This document shows positions 39,930 through 48,044 of a DNA stretch of 64,000 nucleotides, in pieces. The position numbers and the translations under genes were made by a program. Under the pieces are notes generated by a model that saw nothing but the letters and a program-made list of their open reading frames with translations, had not been told where the DNA came from and did no database searches. Source of the stretch: Elusimicrobiota bacterium (GTDB lineage Bacteria; Elusimicrobiota; Elusimicrobia; UBA1565; UBA9628); NCBI GenBank assembly GCA_016212795.1, contig JACRDT010000046.1, positions 7,486 to 71,485 of the forward strand, given 5' to 3'. Positions within the stretch are counted from its first letter, which is position 1. The number at the start of each line of letters is the position of its first letter.

Positions 39930-42389
39930 ATGATCAACCCTCAGGATGCCGCCGTCGCCGAATCTCCGCGAGAGCTGAAGGGCTCCTCCCTGCTCCTGAT
40001 CAGCTCCCAGAACCCCACCAAGCGCTTCATCTACCAGCGCTTGAAGGCCCTCGGCGTGCGCATCCTGCTGCTGGCCCCGGAGTCCACCTGGGTCTCGCGC
40101 TACGCGGACCTCCTCATCACCGCCGACACCCTCGACCTGACCGAGTGCCTGGCCACGGTCGAGGGCGCGCTCAAGGAGCATCCCGTCGACGGCTGCCTGA
40201 CCTTCTGGGAGGAGGCGGTCCCGCTCGCCGGGGCGCTGTGCGAGAAGTTCGGCTGGCACGGCAACACCCAGCAGGCCGCGCTCAACGCGCGCAACAAGCT
40301 CCTGACGCGCAAGTGCCTCGAGGCGGCGGGGCTCTCGCGCTACTCGCCCGACTGGGCGCAGATCAAGAACCTCAAGGACCTCGAGCGCGAGACCAAGCGC
40401 ATAGGCTTCCCGCTCGTCCTCAAGCCCGCCTGGGGCGAGCGCAGCCAGTTCGTGGTGCGGCTCGACGACCTCCAGGAGGCCAAGAACGCCTTCGAATACA
40501 TCCGCGCCAACATGACCCCCGTCTTCGACCACATCTACAGCTACGGCACCGAGATCCTGGCCGAGGGCTACCTCTCGGGCGCCGAGGTGGACCTCGACGT
40601 CGTCCTGCAGGACGGGGAGATCCGGTTCTACGCCTTCAACGACAACTTCCCGACCAAGGAGCCCTTCTTCATCGAGACCGGCGACGCCATGCCCTCCCGG
40701 CACGAGGACAGCGACCTCCAGGCCGTCCTCGAGATGGCCAAGAAGGCCATCCCCGCGCTGGGCCTCAAGAACGGCGCGATCCACGTGGAGGCCAAGATCT
40801 GCGCGGAGGGCCCCAAGCTGCTCGAGATCAACGCCCGGATGGGCGGCGACTACCTCTACGACTGGATCAACACCGTGTGGGGGGTGGACCTCATCGAAGA
40901 GTCGGCCAAGATCGCGGCGGGCATCCCCTGCAGGATCAAGCGGCCCAAGGAGCCGCTGGTTCACCTCGTCGGCAACTACATCATCCCGCCGTCCTCCGGC
41001 GTCATCAGCGGCCTGGCCACGCCCGAGAAGGACCCCGCGCGCATCCACGACATCACCCTGCTCAAGGAGCCGGGCGACCCGGTGCTCGTCCCGCCCGAAG
41101 GGTTCGAGACCATCGGCTGGGTGGTGGGCAAGGGCGGGACCTACGCCGAGGCGGAGGAGAACCTCGAGACGGCCATGCGCGGCGTCCTCGCCAAGATCGT
41201 GGCGTTCGACTCGACCTCGACCATCGGCAAGACCAGGCGCAAGAACCGCTTCAACGCCGCCCACGTGGCCCGGCGCCGGATCATCCAGTCCGCCCGCATG
41301 GAGAAGATCCGCGGCCTGGACATCGCCGCGCAGAAGCCCCTGCACGTGGGCATCCTGTGCAACAAGTACGAGGAGACGGTGCCCGAGGGCGCCAAGGAGA
41401 GCGAGGCCGCCGTGCACCAGGACCTCACCTCCGTGGGCCTCAACATCCAGAAGGCCATCGAGAAGAAGGGCCACCGCGTCACCTTCTTCGACATGAACGA
41501 GACGCCGCTGCCCTTCGAGAAGATCGCCGAGGCCAACGTGGACCTGGTCTTCAACGTGTGCGAGCGGATCAACAACTCGAGCCTCCTCGAGCCCCACGCG
41601 GCCGCCATCCTCGACTGCCTGGGCACCCCCTACACGGGCTCCAACCCCCTCTCCCTGGCCTTGTGCATCGACAAGATCAAGGTCAAGAAGATCCTGGAGT
41701 ACCACGGCCTGCCCACCCCGAAGTTCGACTACGTCTTCGCCAAGGACGACGAGATCCGGGAGGACCTCCGCTACCCCCTCATCGTCAAGCTCGCCAACAC
41801 CGACAACTCGATCGGGCTGTCGAACAAGTCGGTCGTGACCAGCCTCAAGGACCTCAAGGACCAGGTCGCCTGGCTCTTCGAGAAATACAACCGGCCCGTC
41901 CTCATCGAGGAGTACATCGAGGGCGACGAGGTGGACGTCTCCATCATGGGCAACGAGGAGCGCGTGAAGGTCCTGCCGCTCTCGCGGTCCATCTTCGAGG
42001 ACATGCCGCCCGGGGTCTGGCACATCTACCCCTTCCAGGCCAAGTGGTCCAAGAACGACGTCTACGAGAAGATCAGGGTCGAGCGGCCGGCCAAGTACTC
42101 GCAGAAGCTCACGGCCCTCATCTCGGAGATCTGCCTCGACGCCTACAACATCTTCGACTGCCACGACTACGCGCGCATCGAGGTGCGCATCGACAAGCTC
42201 GGCAACCCCTACATCATCGAGATCAACCCGAACCCCTCCATCAACCGCGGGGACTGCGTGCCCAACTGCGCCGAGATGATCGGGCTGTCCTACGAGGACT
42301 TCATCGAGGAGATCCTGAAGGAGGCCGTCAGCCGCTACCGCGAGCGGCCGCCCTACTACCACCTTCAGAGCGCGCTGGTCACGCTCTGA
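39930..42389 (+). CDS. Fusion of two ATP-grasp ligase modules (N-terminal amino-acid-ligase/carnosine-synthase-like, C-terminal D-Ala-D-Ala-ligase-like)
   Basis: 819 aa. The N-terminal half carries ATP-grasp hallmarks (..FPLVLKPAWGERSQFV.., ..LLEINARMGGD..). The C-terminal half is Ddl-like (..LHVGILCNKYEE.., ..LLEPHAAAILDCLGTPYTGS.., ..YPLIVKLANTDNSIGLS.., ..LIEEYIEGDEVDVSIMGN.., ..IIEINPNPS..). Confidence 0.8.
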   Translation: MINPQDAAVAESPRELKGSSLLLISSQNPTKRFIYQRLKALGVRILLLAPESTWVSRYADLLITADTLDLTECLATVEGALKEHPVDGCLTFWEEAVPLAGALCEKFGWHGNTQQAALNARNKLLTRKCLEAAGLSRYSPDWAQIKNLKDLERETKRIGFPLVLKPAWGERSQFVVRLDDLQEAKNAFEYIRANMTPVFDHIYSYGTEILAEGYLSGAEVDLDVVLQDGEIRFYAFNDNFPTKEPFFIETGDAMPSRHEDSDLQAVLEMAKKAIPALGLKNGAIHVEAKICAEGPKLLEINARMGGDYLYDWINTVWGVDLIEESAKIAAGIPCRIKRPKEPLVHLVGNYIIPPSSGVISGLATPEKDPARIHDITLLKEPGDPVLVPPEGFETIGWVVGKGGTYAEAEENLETAMRGVLAKIVAFDSTSTIGKTRRKNRFNAAHVARRRIIQSARMEKIRGLDIAAQKPLHVGILCNKYEETVPEGAKESEAAVHQDLTSVGLNIQKAIEKKGHRVTFFDMNETPLPFEKIAEANVDLVFNVCERINNSSLLEPHAAAILDCLGTPYTGSNPLSLALCIDKIKVKKILEYHGLPTPKFDYVFAKDDEIREDLRYPLIVKLANTDNSIGLSNKSVVTSLKDLKDQVAWLFEKYNRPVLIEEYIEGDEVDVSIMGNEERVKVLPLSRSIFEDMPPGVWHIYPFQAKWSKNDVYEKIRVERPAKYSQKLTALISEICLDAYNIFDCHDYARIEVRIDKLGNPYIIEINPNPSINRGDCVPNCAEMIGLSYEDFIEEILKEAVSRYRERPPYYHLQSALVTL

Positions 42390-42403
42390 CGTCATTGACG
42401 TCA
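42387..42403. promoter_or_regulatory. Tandem palindromic octamers TGACGTCA-T-TGACGTCA (possible transcription-factor site)
   Basis: TGACGTCATTGACGTCA begins at the ATP-grasp stop codon, ~85 nt upstream of the AbfB-domain gene start. Confidence 0.3.
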
Positions 42404-42486
42404 CGGGCCATGAGCGTGGAATAGCGAGGACCCCGGCCTCTTTGGTATCATCACGGCGGCGGCACATCCTCCTGGGAGAAACGACC

Positions 42487-43752
42487 ATGCGCCACCCTGC
42501 CTCTCGAACATCCAGCTATCTTCTGCCGGCCCTCTTCGTCGCCCTGGCCGCCGCTCCGCCGCGGCCGGCGGCGGCGCAGACCACGAAAGAGGCCGTCCGG
42601 GCCCGCTCGGACAAGGCCCACCGGGAGCTGGATTGCGAGGCCGGCCGGTGCGTCAACGAAGAAGAGCCGGCCGCTCCGGCGCGGCCCGAGGCCAAGCCCG
42701 TCGCGCCGCCTGTGGTCAAATCCAAACCGGCCGCGCCGCCCGAGGTCGCTCCCAAGCCGGCCGAGCCTCCCGCCAAGCCCCGGCCGGCCGTCAAGCCCGA
42801 GCCGGCCCCGGAGCCCGCTCCCCGGCGGGACCCGCCGCCCGCGCCCCCCAAGAGGCGCGCGGTCCCCGTCACCCTCTATTGGCACATGGCCGACGACGCC
42901 GACGTCTACCTCAACGGCTCCCCCTTGCGCCCCTACTCGCCCTCCTTCAAGACGCGGCCCGACGAAGCGCCCCTCCCCGCCTTCTCCGCCAAGGCCGAGC
43001 TCGCCGACGGGGACGTGTTCACGGTCGGCGGCCGCCGGGGCGGGAGCTTCGGCTTCATGCTCATCGCGACCGACGCCTCGGGCGCCGTCGTTTTCATGAC
43101 CGACCAGCGGGCCTGGAAGGTCTACAAGCCGGGGGAACGCGAGGATTGGTTCAAGCCGGAGACGGCCCGGTCGTGCGAGTCCGAGCCGGTCACGGTGCAG
43201 CCCAGCCCCTGGGGTCCCCAGACGACGCTCAACGGCCAGCACGGCAACAAGGCCTCCTCCATCTGGTCGGCCCCCTCCGAGAGGTTCGCCTACCTCCACG
43301 GGACCGTCCGCCTCCCGGGAGCCGGCGAGTTCGCCGACCGGGCGATCTCCGTACGTTCGGTCAACTATCCCGCCCGGCTCATCAGGCTCCGCGACTTCCT
43401 GGCGGTGCTCTCCGACGTGGAGACCGAGGAGGCGTCCTTCAAGAAGGTCCCGGGCCTGGCGGACCCCTCCGCGCTCTCCTTCGAGTCGGCCAGCCGTCCC
43501 GGGCACTTCCTCCGGCATCAGGGCGGCCGCCTGAAGCTCCACCAGGATAGCGGCGACAGGCTCTTCAAGGAAGACGCCACCTTCAAGACGGTCCCCGGCC
43601 TGGCCGACGCCGCGGCGGTCTCCTTCGAGTCCTTCAATTACCCCGGCCATTTCATCCGGCACCGGGATTTCCAGCTGTTCATCGAGAAAGGCTCCGACGA
43701 GCTGTTCCGCCAGGACGCGACCTTCAGCCTCGTCGACAGCCGGGAGCGATAG
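42487..43752 (+). CDS. Exported protein with a Pro-rich linker and a C-terminal AbfB-type (beta-trefoil) carbohydrate-binding domain
   Basis: Signal-like MRHPASRTSSYLLPALFVALAAAPPRPAAA and a (K/E)P-rich spacer. C-terminal repeats ..SFESASRPGHFLRHQGGRLKL.. and ..SFESFNYPGHFIRHRDFQLFI.. are typical of the AbfB domain. Confidence 0.7.
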   Translation: MRHPASRTSSYLLPALFVALAAAPPRPAAAQTTKEAVRARSDKAHRELDCEAGRCVNEEEPAAPARPEAKPVAPPVVKSKPAAPPEVAPKPAEPPAKPRPAVKPEPAPEPAPRRDPPPAPPKRRAVPVTLYWHMADDADVYLNGSPLRPYSPSFKTRPDEAPLPAFSAKAELADGDVFTVGGRRGGSFGFMLIATDASGAVVFMTDQRAWKVYKPGEREDWFKPETARSCESEPVTVQPSPWGPQTTLNGQHGNKASSIWSAPSERFAYLHGTVRLPGAGEFADRAISVRSVNYPARLIRLRDFLAVLSDVETEEASFKKVPGLADPSALSFESASRPGHFLRHQGGRLKLHQDSGDRLFKEDATFKTVPGLADAAAVSFESFNYPGHFIRHRDFQLFIEKGSDELFRQDATFSLVDSRER

Positions 43753-43758
43753 CCCGGG

Positions 43759-45330
43759 ATGCCTCCTACCCGCGTGCCCCAGCCGGCGGCGATGCTCGCC
43801 TTTTTGCTCGCGGCCGCGTCCACGGCCCGGGCGGATGTGCCCTTCTTCGGGGTGGTGATCGAGGCGGAAACGTCGGTCCCGGCGCACGCGCCGGCGGCCG
43901 GGCGGGTCGTCTCCTTGGAAGCCGGGGTCGGGGCCGACGTTAAGGAAGGGCAGGTGCTGGCGCGGCTCGACATCGGGGGGCAGGAGACCCGCGGGGACGA
44001 CACCCCGCTCGCGGAGGCCGAGGCGTCGGCGGCCGCCGCGATCGTCAGGCTGGAATCGGCGAAGAAGGACTACGACCGCGCCCGACAGCTGCGCGAGGCG
44101 ATGCTCATCAGCAACGCGGAGTTCGACGCCATCGAGAGCGCCTACAAGCTGGCCCAGGCGGACGACGCGTCCGCCAAACGCAAGCTGGAATCCGCCCGCA
44201 AGGGCAAGCGGCAGGCGGGAGCGGGCGCGCCCCAGGCGGCGATCGCCTCGCCCATCGCGGGGACCGTGATCGAGCGGGCGGTCTCGGTGGGGGAGGCGGT
44301 GGCCCCGGGAGGCCCGGACGCACCTTTCCGGGTCACGCCGGATCCGACCAGGATGAAGCTGACCTTGAGGCTCGACAGGGAGTCGGCCGCCAAGGTCTCG
44401 GTCGGCCAGAAGGCGTGGCTTCGGACCTCGGGCCAGCGCAGCCGGGTCTTCAACGGCACGGTCTCCAGGGTCGAAGACGCCGAGGCCGTGGTCTCGGTGG
44501 AGAACCCTGAGCGCCTGCTCTGGCCGGGGCTCGACGTGGACGGCGCGGTGACGACGGAGGGCGCGGCGCTCGCCGCGCCGGCCTTGACCGCGGAGCAGAA
44601 GGCCTTCGGCGACAACGACGCGGCGGTGGTGATCGGGATCGAGCGATACCCGGACCTGCCGCCGTCCGAGTTCTCCGGCTCCGACGCCCAGCTCGTGGCC
44701 AAGTACCTCCTGGCCCTGGGGATCCGCCAGGCCAACCTCCAGCTGCTCACGGACGCCAAGGCCAGCTACGGGGGCATCCGAAAGACGATCGAATCCTGGC
44801 TCCCGGGCCGGATCAAGAAAGGGAGCAGGGTGTTCGTCTACTACTCCGGCCACGGCGCCCCCGATCCCGCCTCGGGCGACGCCTACATGGTGCCGTCGGA
44901 CGGCGACCCCAACTACCTGTCCGACACGGGCTACCCGCTCAAGCGCCTCTACGAGAAGCTCGGCAACCTCCCGGCCTCCGAGGTCATGGTCGTGCTGGAC
45001 TCGTGCTACTCGGGGGCGGGCTTCAGGTCCCTGTTGGCCAAGGGCGCGAGGCCCCTGGTCACCATGGCCGCGCCTGCCAACCTAGCCCCCTCCCTGGCGG
45101 TGCTCACCGCGACCAAGGCGGGCCAGATCTCGACCTCGTCCCCGGAGCGCCGGCACGGCCTGATGACCTACCATTTCCTCAAGGCGCTTTCCGACGGCAA
45201 GAGGAGCCTCGCCGAGGCGTTCGCCTACGTCCGACCGGCCGTGGAGGACGAAGCCAAGGCGCTCAACGCCGAGCAGACCCCGGAGCTGACGCCCTCCCCG
45301 GCCGAGGGCCGCTTCCTCCTCAGGAAGTGA
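43759..45330 (+). CDS. Fusion of a periplasmic adaptor (HlyD/MFP-like) module with a C-terminal caspase-like (C14) domain
   Basis: The N-terminal half has a lipoyl-like motif (AAGRVVSLEAGVGADVKEGQVLARLD), a coiled-coil hairpin and a second half-barrel (IASPIAGTVIERAVSVGEAV). The C-terminal half has caspase His/Cys contexts VFVYYSGHGAP and VMVVLDSCYSGAG. It starts 6 nt after the AbfB gene stop. Confidence 0.75.
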   Translation: MPPTRVPQPAAMLAFLLAAASTARADVPFFGVVIEAETSVPAHAPAAGRVVSLEAGVGADVKEGQVLARLDIGGQETRGDDTPLAEAEASAAAAIVRLESAKKDYDRARQLREAMLISNAEFDAIESAYKLAQADDASAKRKLESARKGKRQAGAGAPQAAIASPIAGTVIERAVSVGEAVAPGGPDAPFRVTPDPTRMKLTLRLDRESAAKVSVGQKAWLRTSGQRSRVFNGTVSRVEDAEAVVSVENPERLLWPGLDVDGAVTTEGAALAAPALTAEQKAFGDNDAAVVIGIERYPDLPPSEFSGSDAQLVAKYLLALGIRQANLQLLTDAKASYGGIRKTIESWLPGRIKKGSRVFVYYSGHGAPDPASGDAYMVPSDGDPNYLSDTGYPLKRLYEKLGNLPASEVMVVLDSCYSGAGFRSLLAKGARPLVTMAAPANLAPSLAVLTATKAGQISTSSPERRHGLMTYHFLKALSDGKRSLAEAFAYVRPAVEDEAKALNAEQTPELTPSPAEGRFLLRK

Positions 45331-45355
45331 GCCGGACGACCGGCACGCCTGTCGT

Positions 45356-46786
45356 TCAGCGGTAATCGATCGCGACGGCGATGGCCAGCAACGCCAGCGC
45401 CACCGGGAAATAGACGAACACGGCGAACTTGACCGTGTGCCGGATGTACTTGAAGAACCCGACCCCGGCCATGGTGCACACCGTGAAGGCGATCCCGTCC
45501 CACGGCATCCAGAAGTTGAACGCGCCGGTGGCGTACTGGAAGGCCAGCACGACGACCTGCTTGGAGAACCCCAGGACGTCGGCCAGCGGCGCCAGGATCG
45601 GCATCACCACCACCGCCGTTCCGGTCGCGCTGGAGATCACCGCCGCCGACAAGGCGCTGATGCCGAACATGACGAACGCGATCACGATGTGCGGAGCCCC
45701 GGCGAGATAGCCGGCGAAGAAATTCAGCATCGTGTCCAGGATCTTGCCGTCCTTCAGGATGAACCCCATCGCGCAGGCGGCGCTCATCATGACCACGGCG
45801 ATCATGACGCTGCGCATGCCCTCGATGTTCTTCTCGATCATGGCCGTGACCGACAGGCCGCCCGCCAGCGGGATCACGATCCCCATCCAGAAGTACACCG
45901 ACGCGATCTCCCGGAACCCCCAGTCGTGCCTGATCAGGCCGACGAGGAGGATCCCGAAGCCGGCCGCCAGCAACGCCAAGGCCGCCGCCCTCCTGCCGGT
46001 CAGCTCGTAGTCCGCCGGGTTCTTGTCGTGCTTGTCCTGCTCTTGGCGCTTGCGCTTGTCCTCGTCATAGGAAAGGGACTTGCGGGGGTCTTTCTTGACC
46101 GCGTAGGCGTAATGCATGATCGCGATGCTCACGGCCGACATGAAGACGACGAAGGAGATCACCCGGAACCATGACCCGGAATACGCCGGCAGCCCGGCGA
46201 GGGCCTGGCCGATCAGGACGTTGTAGGGATTGGTGATGCCGGCGGCGAAGCCGATCGGCACGCTCCAATACAGGATGAGCACCGCCACCATCGAATCGAA
46301 CCCGAGCGACAGCATCAGCGGCGTCAGCACCAGGATGAAGGGGATCCCCTCCTCGTACATGCCGAAGGTGGCGCCGCACAGCCCGAAGGCGAACACGGTG
46401 ATCGGGATGAAGAAGAGGCCCAGCCGTTGGGTCCTGGTGATCAGCAGGTGCAGCCCGGCGGCGATGGCGTTCGTCGCGATGATGGCGGTGATCGCCCCGG
46501 CGGCCAGCATGATCAAGAACGAGCGCTCCGCCCCATCCAGCGCGCCGCGCATGAACAAGGTCCACGTCGCGGCGAAGCCCTGCGGGACGGAAGGGACCGC
46601 GTGGAACGATCCTGGCACCACGATCTCGCGCGGCACGCCCATGACGTCGATGAGCTTGCGCTCGAATTCGCCCCCCGGGATGATGAACGTCAGGACCGAG
46701 AACAAGACGCACATCCCGAACACCACGATCATGGGGTTGACGTTGCTGACCAGGTCCACGAACAGCTGGCGGTAAGTCTTGGTCAT
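45356..46786 (-). CDS. YfcC/DcuC-like anion or amino-acid carrier
   Basis: 476-aa polytopic protein with an N-terminus and overall pattern like the YfcC family (..MIVVFGMCVLFSVLTFIIPGGEFE..). Confidence 0.75.
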   Translation of the reverse strand: MTKTYRQLFVDLVSNVNPMIVVFGMCVLFSVLTFIIPGGEFERKLIDVMGVPREIVVPGSFHAVPSVPQGFAATWTLFMRGALDGAERSFLIMLAAGAITAIIATNAIAAGLHLLITRTQRLGLFFIPITVFAFGLCGATFGMYEEGIPFILVLTPLMLSLGFDSMVAVLILYWSVPIGFAAGITNPYNVLIGQALAGLPAYSGSWFRVISFVVFMSAVSIAIMHYAYAVKKDPRKSLSYDEDKRKRQEQDKHDKNPADYELTGRRAAALALLAAGFGILLVGLIRHDWGFREIASVYFWMGIVIPLAGGLSVTAMIEKNIEGMRSVMIAVVMMSAACAMGFILKDGKILDTMLNFFAGYLAGAPHIVIAFVMFGISALSAAVISSATGTAVVVMPILAPLADVLGFSKQVVVLAFQYATGAFNFWMPWDGIAFTVCTMAGVGFFKYIRHTVKFAVFVYFPVALALLAIAVAIDYR

Positions 46787-46787
46787 A

Positions 46788-48017
46788 TCAAGGCGCGGCG
46801 GCCGCGCGCAGGAGCCCGGCTCGCACGAACTCCACGGGCGTCTTCTGGAACATGGCCAGCTCGGCGAGCATGGCGTTGCGGCGGACCCGCCCGGCGTCCA
46901 CCGCGGGCGTCCCGACCATGTTGTACACCTCGCCCGTCCTCGCGTCGATGACGATCGCGTCGCTGTCGTCCTGCGGCGGAGGGGGCGCTCCCCCCTCGGC
47001 CGGCGCGCTCTTCGCGCCGAACGACCTCGTCAGGTCGACCTCGACGACGCTGGCCCCGTGGCGCCTGAAGGCCTCGATCATGTCGCCCGCTTGCTGGGCG
47101 CTGGCCGCCCCCTCGCCGCCGCCGATGATCCGGGCCTCCACGCCCGCCCCGGCCGGGCCCATCCTGGAGATCATCGCGTCGATCGAGGGCCCGATGCTCG
47201 TCCCCGGCTGGATGTGGGCCAGGGCCGCCGTCCGGCTGGGCCGCTCGTAGACCGTGACGATGATGCAGGGTCCGGCGCCGAAGGTCTGAACGTAGCGTTC
47301 CAGCCCCGCCTGGTCGCGGGTGATGCCCGCCTGGTTTTGCATGACGTCGACGACGTCCGTCGAGAGGGCGCGCATCGCGGGCCGCGGGTGCGCCTCCCGG
47401 TAGGCCCGCGTGCGGCGGACCATCTCCCGCAGCGCGCGCCCGCGCCGCTCCAGCCGCCGGTCGAGCTCGCGCTGCCCGGCGATCTCCTCCAGGCTGGGGG
47501 CCGATAGCCCCAGTTTCTTCATGAGGTAGCCCTGGAACGGCACGCCTTCCTGGCTGAGCAGGACCGCGACCGAGACCGGGGAGATCCCTTCGGCCTGGGC
47601 GTCCGGGTCTTGGCTGTAAGAAGCGCGGACATCCGCCACGCGGCCGTCCTCGAAGCGGACGACCGCCGAGGGGCTCTTCTTGCCGGCCGCGCGATAGCTC
47701 AGCAGCGCCGGGGTCCCGGCGGGCCCTTCGTCGAAGACGACGACGCTCTCCGCGTTGTGGAACAGAATCCTGGCCTCGGCCGCCAGGTGGAGGTTGAACG
47801 TCTCATTGTCGTAGCTCGCGTCGGCCGGGTCGGACCGGCGCGTCCAGCCCTCCCCCAAGGCCCCTTTCGCGAACAGGTCCCCCACGGTCGGCTGCTTCTT
47901 GATGAGGACGACCGTGGGCACGCCTTCCTCCGCGACAGCCGACGGCCAGGCGTGCCAGGGAACGGCTAGCAGGCCGGCGGCAAGACCGGGGATCACGGGC
48001 CGGATCAGCCGGTTCAA
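46788..48017 (-). CDS. Exported hypothetical protein with a CheD-like Cys/His segment
   Basis: 409 aa, TTG start with an AAGGGAGAG SD, signal-like MNRLIRPVIPGLAAGLLAVPWHAWPSAVA. The segment FGAGPCIIVTVYERPSRTAALAHIQPG parallels the CheD motif GSC(I/V)G(I/V)ALYD....GGLAH(I/V)MLP with the same Cys-to-His spacing (from memory). Confidence 0.5.
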   Translation of the reverse strand: MNRLIRPVIPGLAAGLLAVPWHAWPSAVAEEGVPTVVLIKKQPTVGDLFAKGALGEGWTRRSDPADASYDNETFNLHLAAEARILFHNAESVVVFDEGPAGTPALLSYRAAGKKSPSAVVRFEDGRVADVRASYSQDPDAQAEGISPVSVAVLLSQEGVPFQGYLMKKLGLSAPSLEEIAGQRELDRRLERRGRALREMVRRTRAYREAHPRPAMRALSTDVVDVMQNQAGITRDQAGLERYVQTFGAGPCIIVTVYERPSRTAALAHIQPGTSIGPSIDAMISRMGPAGAGVEARIIGGGEGAASAQQAGDMIEAFRRHGASVVEVDLTRSFGAKSAPAEGGAPPPPQDDSDAIVIDARTGEVYNMVGTPAVDAGRVRRNAMLAELAMFQKTPVEFVRAGLLRAAAAP

Positions 48018-48044
48018 GGACGCTCTCCCTTCACGCTCTTGGGG

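Noticed and set aside
39681-42488. 935-aa minus-strand ORF
   Set aside because: It is antisense to the double ATP-grasp gene, which has clear family motifs. The translation is low-complexity (V/D/G/E/L/R runs), so it is a high-GC artefact.
42451-44853. 800-aa minus-strand ORF spanning the AbfB and adaptor-caspase genes
   Set aside because: It is antisense to two genes with recognisable domains and crosses their intergenic gap. The composition is Arg/Gly/Pro-rich and no motifs are present.
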